NCBI GenBank assembly: GCA_964057225.1
Contig: CAXKVF010000082.1
Location: forward strand, 124,001-188,000
DNA length: 64,000 nucleotides
From: Auanema rhodensis
Taxonomy: Eukaryota > Animalia > Nematoda
Direction: 5' to 3'
Program-made: the position numbers and the translations under genes
Notes under the pieces: model-generated
What the model saw: the letters and a program-made list of their open reading frames with translations, nothing else
Database searches by the model: none
What the model was told of the DNA's origin: nothing
Shown here: one piece after another, positions 1 through 11,740 of the stretch
Layout: the number at the start of each line of letters is the position of its first letter
Numbering within the stretch: the first letter of the stretch is position 1

Positions 1-1312
1 ACGTGAAGCGAGTTACATACCAAGTGCACATCACGTCTAAATTTAATTAGCATAAATTAAAGTTCACGAAAATTTCAAAGTCATGGTTACCATGAACCAA
101 TATCAATAAAAATTTGTTTTTAGACTAATATGGACATGGGCAATCTAATTTTGAAAACCGCATCTCTTTATCTTTCACGTGAAGCGAGTTACATACCAAG
201 TGCACATCACGTGTACATTTAATTAGCATAAATTAAAGTTCACGTAAATTTCAAAGTCATGGTTACCATGCACCAATATCAATAAAAATTTGTTTTTAGA
301 CTAATATGGACATGAGGAATCTAATTTTGAAAACCGCATCTCTTTATCTTTCACGTGAAGCGAGTTACATACCGAGTGCACATCACGTGTACATTTAATT
401 AGCATAAATTAAAGTTCACGTAAATTTCAAAGTCATGGTTACCATGCACCAATATCAATAAAAATTTGTTTTTAGACTAATATGGACATGGGGAATCTAA
501 TTTTGAAAACCGCATCTCTTCATCTTTCACGTGAAGCGAGTTACATACCAAGTGCACATCACGTCTAAATTTAATTAGCATAAATTAAAGTTCACGAAAA
601 TTTCAAAGTCATGGTTACCATGAACCAATATCAATAAAAATTTGTTTTTAGACTAATATGGACATGAGGAATCTAATTTTGAAAACCGCATCTCTTTATC
701 TTTCACGTGAAGCGAGTTACATACCGAGTGCACATCACGTGTACATTTAATTAGCATAAATTAAAGTTCACGTAAATTTCAAAGTCATGGTTACCATGCA
801 CCAATATCAATAAAAATTTGTTTTTAGACTAATATGGACATGGGGAATCTAATTTTGAAAACCGCATCTCTTCATCTTTCACGTGAAGCGAGTTACATAC
901 CAAGTGCACATCACGTCTAAATTTAATTAGCATAAATTAAAGTTCACGAAAATTTCAAAGTCATGGTTACCATGAACCAATATCAATAAAAATTTGTTTT
1001 TAGACTAATATGGACATGGGCAATCTAATTTTGAAAACCGCATCTATTCATCTTTCACGTGAAGCGAGTTACATACCAAGTGCACATCACGTGTACATTT
1101 AATTAGCATAAATTAAAGTTCACGTAAATTTCAAAGTCATGGTTACCATGCACCAATATCAATAAAAATTTGTTTTTAGACTAATATGGACATGGGGAAT
1201 CTAATTTTGAAAACCGCATCTCTTCATCTTTCACGTGAAGCGAGTTACATACCAAGTGCACATCACGTGTACATTTAATTAGCATAAATTAAAGTTCACG
1301 TAAATTTCAAAG

Positions 1313-1327
1313 TCATGGTTACCATGA
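1313..1327. other. 15-bp palindrome TCATGGT-T-ACCATGA (representative copy; monomer positions 81-95, present in most monomers)
   Basis: TCATGGT and ACCATGA are exact reverse complements around a central T. The palindrome shortens to 13 bp in A95C monomers. Confidence 0.95.
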
Positions 1328-1405
1328 ACCAATATCAATAAAAATTTGTTTTTAGACTAATATGGACATGGGGAATCTAATTTTGAAAACCGCATCTCTT
1401 TATCT

Positions 1406-1415
1406 TTCACGTGAA
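1406..1415. other. 10-bp perfect palindrome TTCACGTGAA containing a CACGTG E-box/G-box core (representative copy; monomer positions 174-7)
   Basis: The sequence is self-complementary and conserved in nearly all monomers. Protein binding is not demonstrated. Confidence 0.9.
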
Positions 1416-2640
1416 GCGAGTTACATACCAAGTGCACATCACGTGTACATTTAATTAGCATAAATTAAAGTTCACGAAAATTTCAAAGTCATGGTTACCA
1501 TGCACCAATATCAATAAAAATTTGTTTTTAGACTAATATGGACATGGGGAATCTAATTTTGAAAACCGCATCTCTTTATCTTTCACGTGAAGCGAGTTAC
1601 ATACCAAGTGCACATCACGTGTACATTTAATTAGCATAAATTAAAGTTCACGTAAATTTCAAAGTCATGTTTACCATGAAGCAATATCAATAAAAATTTG
1701 TTTTTAGACTAATATGGACAGGGGGAATCTAATTTTGAAAACCGCATCTCTTTATCTTTCACGTGAAGCGAGTTACATACCAAGTGCACATCACGTGTAC
1801 ATTTAATTAGCATAAATTAAAGTTCACGTAAATTTCAAAGTCATGGTTACCATGAACCAATATCAATAAAAATTTGTTTTTAGAATAATATGGACATGGG
1901 GAATCTAATTTTGAAAACCGCATCTCTTTATCTTTCACGTGAAGCGAGTTACATACCAAGTGCACATCACGTGTACATTTAATTAGCATAAATTAAAGTT
2001 CACGTAAAATTCAAAGTCATGGTTACCATGCACCAATATCAATAAAAATTTGTTTTTAGACTAATATGGACATGGGGAATCTAATTTTGAAAACCGCATC
2101 TCTTCATCTTTCACGTGAAGCGAGTTACATACCAAGTGCACATCACGTCTAAATTTAATTAGCATAAATTAAAGTTCACGAAAATTTCAAAGTCATGGTT
2201 ACCATGAACCAATATCAATAAAAATTTGTTTTTAGACTAATATGGACATGGGCAATCTAATTTTGAAAACCGCATCTCTTCATCTTTCACGTGAAGCGAG
2301 TTACATACCAAGTGCACATCACGTGTACATTTAATTAGCATAAATTAAAGTTCACGTAAATTTCAAAGTCATGGTTACCATGCACCAATATCAATAAAAA
2401 TTTGTTTTTAGACTAATATGGACATGGGGAATCTAATTTTGAAAACCGCATCTCTTCATCTTTCACGTGAAGCGAGTTACATACCAAGTGCACATCACGT
2501 GTACATTTAATTAGCATAAATTAAAGTTCACGTAAATTTCAAAGTCATGGTTACCATGAACCAATATCAATAAAAATTTGTTTTTAGACTAATATGGACA
2601 TGGGGAATCTAATTTTGAAAACCGCATCTCTTTATCTTTC

Positions 2641-2815
2641 ACGTGAAGCGAGTTACATACCAAGTGCACATCACGTGTACATTTAATTAGCATAAATTAA
2701 AGTTCACGAAAATTTCAAAGTCATGGTTACCATGCACAATATCAATAAAAATTTGTTTTTAGACTAATATGGACATGGGGAATCTAATTTTGAAAACCGC
2801 ATCTCTTTATCTTTC
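2641..2815. repeat. 175-bp monomer (1-bp deletion of C near 2737)
   Basis: catgcacaat instead of catgcaccaat at 2731-2740. Downstream phase shifts by -1. Confidence 0.9.
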
Positions 2816-2991
2816 ACGTGAAGCGAGTTACATACCAAGTGCACATCACGTGTACATTTAATTAGCATAAATTAAAGTTCACGTAAATTTCAAAGTCATG
2901 TTTACCATGAAGCAATATCAATAAAAATTTGTTTTTAGACTAATATGGACAGGGGGAATCTAATTTTGAAAACCGCATCTCTTTATCTTTC

Positions 2992-5807
2992 ACGTGAAGC
3001 GAGTTACATACCAAGTGCACATCACGTGTACATTTAATTAGCATAAATTAAAGTTCACGTAAATTTCAAAGTCATGGTTACCATGAACCAATATCAATAA
3101 AAATTTGTTTTTAGAATAATATGGACATGGGGAATCTAATTTTGAAAACCGCATCTCTTTATCTTTCACGTGAAGCGAGTTACATACCAAGTGCACATCA
3201 CGTGTACATTTAATTAGCATAAATTAAAGTTCACGTAAAATTCAAAGTCATGGTTACCATGCACCAATATCAATAAAAATTTGTTTTTAGACTAATATGG
3301 ACATGGGGAATCTAATTTTGAAAACCGCATCTCTTTATCTTTCACGTGAAGCGAGTTACATACCAAGTGCACATCACGTGTACATTTAATTAGCATAAAT
3401 TAAAGTTCACGTAAATTTCAAAGTCATGGTTACCATGAACCAATATCAATAAAAATTTGTTTTTAGACTAATATGGACATGTGGAATCTAATTTTGAAAA
3501 CCGCATCTCTTCATCTTTCACGTGAAGCGAGTTACATACCAAGTGCACATCACGTGTACATTTAATTAGCATAAATTAAAGTTCACGTAAAATTCAAAGT
3601 CATGGTTACCATGCACCAATATCAATAAAAATTCGTTTTTAGACTAATATGGACATGGGGAATCTAATTTTGAAAACCGCATCTCTTTATCTTCCACGTG
3701 AAGCGAGTTACATACCAAGTGCACATCACGTGTACATTTAATTAGCATAAATTGAAGTTCACGTAAATTTCAAAGTCATGTTTACCATGAAGCAATATCA
3801 ATAAAAATTTGTTTTTAGACTAATATGGACAGGGGGAATCTAATTTTGAAAACCGCATCTCTTTATCTTTCACGTGAAGCGAGTTACATACCAAGTGCAC
3901 ATCACGTGTACATTTAATTAGCATAAATTAAAGTTCACGTAAATTTCAAAGTCACGGTTACCATGCACCAATATCAATAAAAATTTGTTTTTAGACTAAT
4001 ATGGACATGGGGAATCTAATTCTGAAAACCGTATCTCTTTATCTTTCACGTGAAGCGAGTTACATACCAAGTGCACATCACGTGTACATTTAATTAGCAT
4101 AAATTAAAGTTCACGTAAATTTCAAAGTCATGGTTACCATGAACCAATATCAATAACAATTTGTTTTTAGACTAATATGGACATGGGCAATCTAATTTTG
4201 AAAACCGCATCTCTTTATCTTTCACGTGAAGCGAGTTACATACCAAGTGCACATCACGTGTACATTTAATTAGCATAAATTAAAGTTCACGTAAAATTCA
4301 AAGTCATGGTTACCATGCACCAATATCAATAAAAATTTGTTTTTAGACTAATATGGACATGAGGAATCTAATTTTGAAAACCGCATCTCTTTATCTTTCA
4401 CGTGAAGCGAGTTACATACCAAGTGCACATCACGTGTACATTTAATTAGCATAAATTAAAGTTCACGTAAATTTCAAAGTCATGGTTACCATGAACCAAT
4501 ATCAATAAAAATTTGTTTTTAGAATAATATGGACATGGGGAATCTAATTTTGAAAACCGCATCTCTTTATCTTTCACGTGAAGCGAGTTACATACCAAGT
4601 GCACATCACGTGTACATTTAATTAGCATAAATTAAAGTTCACGTAAAATTCAAAGTCATGGTTACCATGCACCAATATCAATAAAAATTTGTTTTTAGAC
4701 TAATATGGACATGGGGAATCTAATTTTGAAAACCGCATCTCTTTATCTTTCACGTGAAGCGAGTTACATACCAAGTGCACATCACGTGTACATTTAATTA
4801 GCATAAATTAAAGTTCACGTAAATTTCAAAGTCATGGTTACCATGAACCAATATCAATAAAAATTTGTTTTTAGACTAATATGGACATGTGGAATCTAAT
4901 TTTGAAAACCGCATCTCTTCATCTTTCACGTGAAGCGAGTTACATACCAAGTGCACATCACGTGTACATTTAATTAGCATAAATTAAAGTTCACGTAAAA
5001 TTCAAAGTCATGGTTACCATGCACCAATATCAATAAAAATTCGTTTTTAGACTAATATGGACATGGGGAATCTAATTTTGAAAACCGCATCTCTTTATCT
5101 TCCACGTGAAGCCAGTTACATACCAAGTGCACATCACGTGTACATTTAATTAGCATAAATTAAAGTTCACGTAAATTTCAAAGTCATGTTTACCATGAAG
5201 CAATATCAATAAAAATTTGTTTTTAGACTAATATGGACAGGGGGAATCTAATTTTGAAAACCGCATCTCTTTATCTTTCACGTGAAGCGAGTTACATACC
5301 AAGTGCACATCACGTGTACATTTAATTAGCATAAATTAAAGTTCACGTAAATTTCAAAGTCACGGTTACCATGCACCAATATCAATAAAAATTTGTTTTT
5401 AGACTAATATGGACATGGGGAATCTAATTCTGAAAACCGTATCTCTTTATCTTTCACGTGAAGCGAGTTACATACCAAGTGCACATCACGTGTACATTTA
5501 ATTAGCATAAATTAAAGTTCACGTAAATTTCAAAGTCATGGTTACCATGAACCAATATCAATAACAATTTGTTTTTAGACTAATATGGACATGGGCAATC
5601 TAATTTTGAAAACCGCATCTCTTTATCTTTCACGTGAAGCGAGTTACATACCAAGTGCACATCACGTGTACATTTAATTAGCATAAATTAAAGTTCACGT
5701 AAAATTCAAAGTCATGGTTACCATGCACCAATATCAATAAAAATTTGTTTTTAGACTAATATGGACATGAGGAATCTAATTTTGAAAACCGCATCTCTTT
5801 ATCTTTC
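2992..5807. repeat. 8-monomer higher-order tandem duplication (2992-4399 / 4400-5807)
   Basis: Rare variants repeat at +1408 bp: cacggtt (3955/5363), tctgaaaaccgt (~4022/5430), ataacaat (~4157/5565), and the ORF copies at 3038/4446. Confidence 0.92.
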
Positions 5808-8800
5808 ACGTGAAGCGAGTTACATACCGAGTGCACATCACGTGTACATTTAATTAGCATAAATTAAAGTTCACGTAAATTTCAAAGTCATGGTTACCAT
5901 GCACCAATATCAATAAAAATTTGTTTTTAGACTAATATGGACATGGGGAATCTAATTTTGAAAACCGCATCTCTTCATCTTTCACGTGAAGCGAGTTACA
6001 TACCAAGTGCACATCACGTCTAAATTTAATTAGCATAAATTAAAGTTCACGAAAATTTCAAAGTCATGGTTACCATGAACCAATATCAATAAAAATTTGT
6101 TTTTAGACTAATATGGACATGGGCAATCTAATTTTGAAAACCGCATCTCTTCATCTTTCACGTGAAGCGAGTTACATACCAAGTGCACATCACGTGTACA
6201 TTTAATTAGCATAAATTAAAGTTCACGTAAATTTCAAAGTCATGGTTACCATGCACCAATATCAATAAAAATTTGTTTTTAGACTAATATGGACATGGGG
6301 AATCTAATTTTGAAAACCGCATCTCTTCATCTTTCACGTGAAGCGAGTTACATACCAAGTGCACATCACGTGTACATTTAATTAGCATAAATTAAAGTTC
6401 ACGTAAATTTCAAAGTCATGGTTACCATGAACCAATATCAATAAAAATTTGTTTTTAGACTAATATGGACATGGGGAATCTAATTTTGAAAACCGCATCT
6501 CTTTATCTTTCACGTGAAGCGAGTTACATACCAAGTGCACATCACGTGTACATTTAATTAGCATAAATTAAAGTTCACGTAAATTTCAAAGTCATGGTTA
6601 CCATGCACCAATATCAATAAAAATTTGTTTTTAGACTAATATGGACATGGGGAATCTAATTTTGAAAACCGCATCTCTTTATCTTTCACGTGAAGCGAGT
6701 TACATACCAAGTGCACATCACGTGTACATTTAATTAGCATAAATTAAAGTTCACGTAAAATTCAAAGTCATGGTTACCATGCACCAATATCAATAAAAAT
6801 TCGTTTTTAGACTAATATGGACATGGGGAATCTAATTTTGAAAACCGCATCTCTTTATCTTCCACGTGAAGCGAGTTACATACCAAGTGCACATCACGTG
6901 TACATTTAATTAGCATAAATTGAAGTTCACGTAAATTTCAAAGTCATGTTTACCATGAAGCAATATCAATAAAAATTTGTTTTTAGACTAATATGGACAG
7001 GGGGAATCTAATTTTGAAAACCGCATCTCTTTATCTTTCACGTGAAGCGAGTTACATACCAAGTGCACATCACGTGTACATTTAATTAGCATAAATTAAA
7101 GTTCACGTAAATTTCAAAGTCACGGTTACCATGCACCAATATCAATAAAAATTTGTTTTTAGACTAATATGGACATGGGGAATCTAATTCTGAAAACCGT
7201 ATCTCTTTATCTTTCACGTGAAGCGAGTTACATACCAAGTGCACATCACGTGTACATTTAATTAGCATAAATTAAAGTTCACGTAAATTTCAAAGTCATG
7301 GTTACCATGAACCAATATCAATAACAATTTGTTTTTAGACTAATATGGACATGGGCAATCTAATTTTGAAAACCGCATCTCTTTATCTTTCACGTGAAGC
7401 GAGTTACATACCAAGTGCACATCACGTGTACATTTAATTAGCATAAATTAAAGTTCACGTAAAATTCAAAGTCATGGTTACCATGCACCAATATCAATAA
7501 AAATTTGTTTTTAGACTAATATGGACATGAGGAATCTAATTTTGAAAACCGCATCTCTTTATCTTTCACGTGAAGCGAGTTACATACCAAGTGCACATCA
7601 CGTGTACATTTAATTAGCATAAATTAAAGTTCACGTAAATTTCAAAGTCATGGTTACCATGAACCAATATCAATAAAAATTTGTTTTTAGAATAATATGG
7701 ACATGGGGAATCTAATTTTGAAAACCGCATCTCTTTATCTTTCACGTGAAGCGAGTTACATACCAAGTGCACATCACGTGTACATTTAATTAGCATAAAT
7801 TAAAGTTCACGTAAAATTCAAAGTCATGGTTACCATGCACCAATATCAATAAAAATTTGTTTTTAGACTAATATGGACATGGGGAATCTAATTTTGAAAA
7901 CCGCATCTCTTTATCTTTCACGTGAAGCGAGTTACATACCAAGTGCACATCACGTGTACATTTAATTAGCATAAATTAAAGTTCACGTAAATTTCAAAGT
8001 CATGGTTACCATGAACCAATATCAATAAAAATTTGTTTTTAGACTAATATGGACATGTGGAATCTAATTTTGAAAACCGCATCTCTTCATCTTTCACGTG
8101 AAGCGAGTTACATACCAAGTGCACATCACGTGTACATTTAATTAGCATAAATTAAAGTTCACGTAAAATTCAAAGTCATGGTTACCATGCACCAATATCA
8201 ATAAAAATTCGTTTTTAGACTAATATGGACATGGGGAATCTAATTTTGAAAACCGCATCTCTTTATCTTCCACGTGAAGCCAGTTACATACCAAGTGCAC
8301 ATCACGTGTACATTTAATTAGCATAAATTAAAGTTCACGTAAATTTCAAAGTCATGTTTACCATGAAGCAATATCAATAAAAATTTGTTTTTAGACTAAT
8401 ATGGACAGGGGGAATCTAATTTTGAAAACCGCATCTCTTTATCTTTCACGTGAAGCGAGTTACATACCAAGTGCACATCACGTGTACATTTAATTAGCAT
8501 AAATTAAAGTTCACGTAAATTTCAAAGTCACGGTTACCATGCACCAATATCAATAAAAATTTGTTTTTAGACTAATATGGACATGGGGAATCTAATTCTG
8601 AAAACCGTATCTCTTTATCTTTCACGTGAAGCGAGTTACATACCAAGTGCACATCACGTGTACATTTAATTAGCATAAATTAAAGTTCACGTAAATTTCA
8701 AAGTCATGGTTACCATGAACCAATATCAATAACAATTTGTTTTTAGACTAATATGGACATGGGCAATCTAATTTTGAAAACCGCATCTCTTTATCTTTCA

Positions 8801-9855
8801 CGTGAAGCGAGTTACATACCAAGTGCACATCACGTGTACATTTAATTAGCATAAATTAAAGTTCACGTAAAATTCAAAGTCATGGTTACCATGCACCAAT
8901 ATCAATAAAAATTTGTTTTTAGACTAATATGGACATGAGGAATCTAATTTTGAAAACCGCATCTCTTTATCTTTCACGTGAAGCGAGTTACATACCGAGT
9001 GCACATCACGTGTACATTTAATTAGCATAAATTAAAGTTCACGTAAATTTCAAAGTCATGGTTACCATGCACCAATATCAATAAAAATTTGTTTTTAGAC
9101 TAATATGGACATGGGGAATCTAATTTTGAAAACCGCATCTCTTCATCTTTCACGTGAAGCGAGTTACATACCAAGTGCACATCACGTCTAAATTTAATTA
9201 GCATAAATTAAAGTTCACGAAAATTTCAAAGTCATGGTTACCATGAACCAATATCAATAAAAATTTGTTTTTAGACTAATATGGACATGGGCAATCTAAT
9301 TTTGAAAACCGCATCTCTTCATCTTTCACGTGAAGCGAGTTACATACCAAGTGCACATCACGTGTACATTTAATTAGCATAAATTAAAGTTCACGTAAAT
9401 TTCAAAGTCATGGTTACCATGCACCAATATCAATAAAAATTTGTTTTTAGACTAATATGGACATGGGGAATCTAATTTTGAAAACCGCATCTCTTCATCT
9501 TTCACGTGAAGCGAGTTACATACCAAGTGCACATCACGTGTACATTTAATTAGCATAAATTAAAGTTCACGTAAATTTCAAAGTCATGGTTACCATGAAC
9601 CAATATCAATAAAAATTTGTTTTTAGACTAATATGGACATGGGGAATCTAATTTTGAAAACCGCATCTCTTTATCTTTCACGTGAAGCGAGTTACATACC
9701 AAGTGCACATCACGTGTACATTTAATTAGCATAAATTAAAGTTCACGTAAATTTCAAAGTCATGGTTACCATGCACCAATATCAATAAAAATTTGTTTTT
9801 AGACTAATATGGACATGGGGAATCTAATTTTGAAAACCGCATCTCTTTATCTTTC
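3520..9855. repeat. 18-monomer (3168-bp) near-exact tandem duplication (3520-6687 / 6688-9855)
   Basis: Private variants repeat at +3168 bp: attgaag (3754/6922), gccagtt (5113/8281), and the ORF copies at 4446/7614. I saw no differences between the two copies by eye. The flanking monomers differ. Confidence 0.93.
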
Positions 9856-11615
9856 ACGTGAAGCGAGTTACATACCAAGTGCACATCACGTGTACATTTA
9901 ATTAGCATAAATTAAAGTTCACGTAAATTTCAAAGTCATGTTTACCATGAAGCAATATCAATAAAAATTTGTTTTTAGACTAATATGGACAGGGGGAATC
10001 TAATTTTGCAAACCGCATCTCTTTATCTTTCACGTGAAGCGAGTTACATACCAAGTGCACATCACGTGTACATTTAATTAGCATAAATTAAAGTTCACGT
10101 AAATTTCAAAGTCATGGTTACCATGAACCAATATCAATAAAAATTTGTTTTTAGACTAATATGGACATGGGGAATCTAATTTTGAAAACCGCATCTCTTT
10201 ATCTTTCACGTGAAGCGAGTTACATACCAAGTGCACATCACGTGTACATTTAATTAGCATAAATTAAAGTTCACGTAAAATTCAAAGTCATGGTTACCAT
10301 GCACCAATATCAATAAAAATTTGTTTTTAGACTAATATGGACATGGGGAATCTAATTTTGAAAACCGCATCTCTTTATCTTTCACGTGAAGCGAGTTACA
10401 TACCAAGTGCACATCACGTGTACATTTAATTAGCATAAATTAAAGTTCACGTAAATTTCAAAGTCATGGTTACCATGAACCAATATCAATAAAAATTTGT
10501 TTTTAGACTAATATGGACATGGGGAATCTAATTTTGAAAACCGCATCTCTTCATCTTTCACGTGAAGCGAGTTACATACCAAGTGCACATCACGTGTACA
10601 TTTAATTAGCATAAATTAAAGTTCACGTAAAATTCAAAGTCATGGTTACCATGCACCAATATCAATAAAAATTCGTTTTTAGACTAATATGGACATGGGG
10701 AATCTAATTTTGAAAACCGCATCTCTTTATCTTTCACGTGAAGCGAGTTACATACCAAGTGCACATCATGTGTACATTTAATTAGCATAAATTAAAGTTC
10801 ACGTAAATTTCAAAGTCATGGTTACCATGAACCAATATCAATAAAAATTTGTTTTTAGACTAATATGGACATGGGGAATCTAATTTTAAAAACCGCATCT
10901 CTTCATCTTTCACGTGAAGCGAGTTACATACCAAGTGCACATCACGTGTACATTTAATTAGCATAAATTAAAGTTCACGTAAAATTCAAAGTCATGGTTA
11001 CCATGCACCAATATCAATAAAAATTCGTTTTTAGACTAATATGGACATGGGGAATCTAATTTTGAAAACCGCATCTCTTTATCTTTCACGTGAAGCGAGT
11101 TACATACCAAGTGCACATCACGTGTACATTTAATTAGCATAAATTAAAGTTCACGTAAATTTCAAAGTCATGGTTACCATGAACCAATATCAATAAAAAT
11201 TTGTTTTAAGAATAATATGGACATGGGGAATCTAATTTTGAAAACCGCATCTCTTCATCTTTCACGTGAAGCGAGTTACATACCAAGTGCACATCACGTG
11301 TACATTTAATTAGCATAAATTAAAGTTCACGTAAAATTCAAAGTCATGGTTACCATGCACCAATATCAATAAAAATTCGTTTTTAGACTAATATGGACAT
11401 GGGGAATCTAATTTTGAAAACCGCATCTCTTTATCTTTCACGTGAAGCGAGTTACATACCAAGTGCACATCATGTGTACATTTAATTAGCATAAATTAAA
11501 GTTCACGTAAATTTCAAAGTCATGGTTACCATGAACCAATATCAATAAAAATTTGTTTTTAGACTAATATGGACATGGGGAATCTAATTTTAAAAACCGC
11601 ATCTCTTCATCTTTC

Positions 11616-11740
11616 ACGTGAAGCGAGTTACATACCAAGTGCACATCACGTGTACATACACCAATATCAATAAAAATTCGTTTTTAGACTAATATGGACA
11701 TGGGGAATCTAATTTTGAAAACCGCATCTCTTTATTTTTC
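11616..11740. repeat. Truncated 125-bp monomer (net 51-bp internal deletion)
   Basis: gtgtacat-a-caccaatatc at ~11650-11668 joins monomer position 42 to position 95 with one non-consensus A. The next monomer starts at 11741. Confidence 0.95.

Larger units (their letters stand above)
881..3343. repeat. 7-monomer higher-order tandem duplication (881-2112 / 2113-3343)
   Basis: Same ordered variants in both copies: G37C+C40A+T69A+G141C monomer, then T69A+A95C, G86T+C97G+T137G, C125A, T73A+A95C. The offset is 1232 bp, or 1231 after the 1-bp deletion, matching the ORF copies at 1807 and 3038. Confidence 0.9.

Noticed and set aside
105-110. AATAAA polyadenylation signal in every monomer
   Set aside because: It is expected by chance in AT-rich DNA and has no transcript context.
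1-176. Identity with known ~176-bp satellites (Brassica CentBr, honeybee AluI repeat, Arabidopsis CEN178, alpha satellite)
   Set aside because: Only the length is similar. There is no HindIII or AluI (AGCT) site in the consensus and no motif similarity that I can recall. A database search is needed for a firm answer.
1-176. Tandem 5S rRNA, tRNA, snRNA or spliced-leader gene array
   Set aside because: I see no recognisable 5S sequence, tRNA cloverleaf, Pol III A/B boxes or SL/Sm-site arrangement. The monomer is too AT-rich and uniform.
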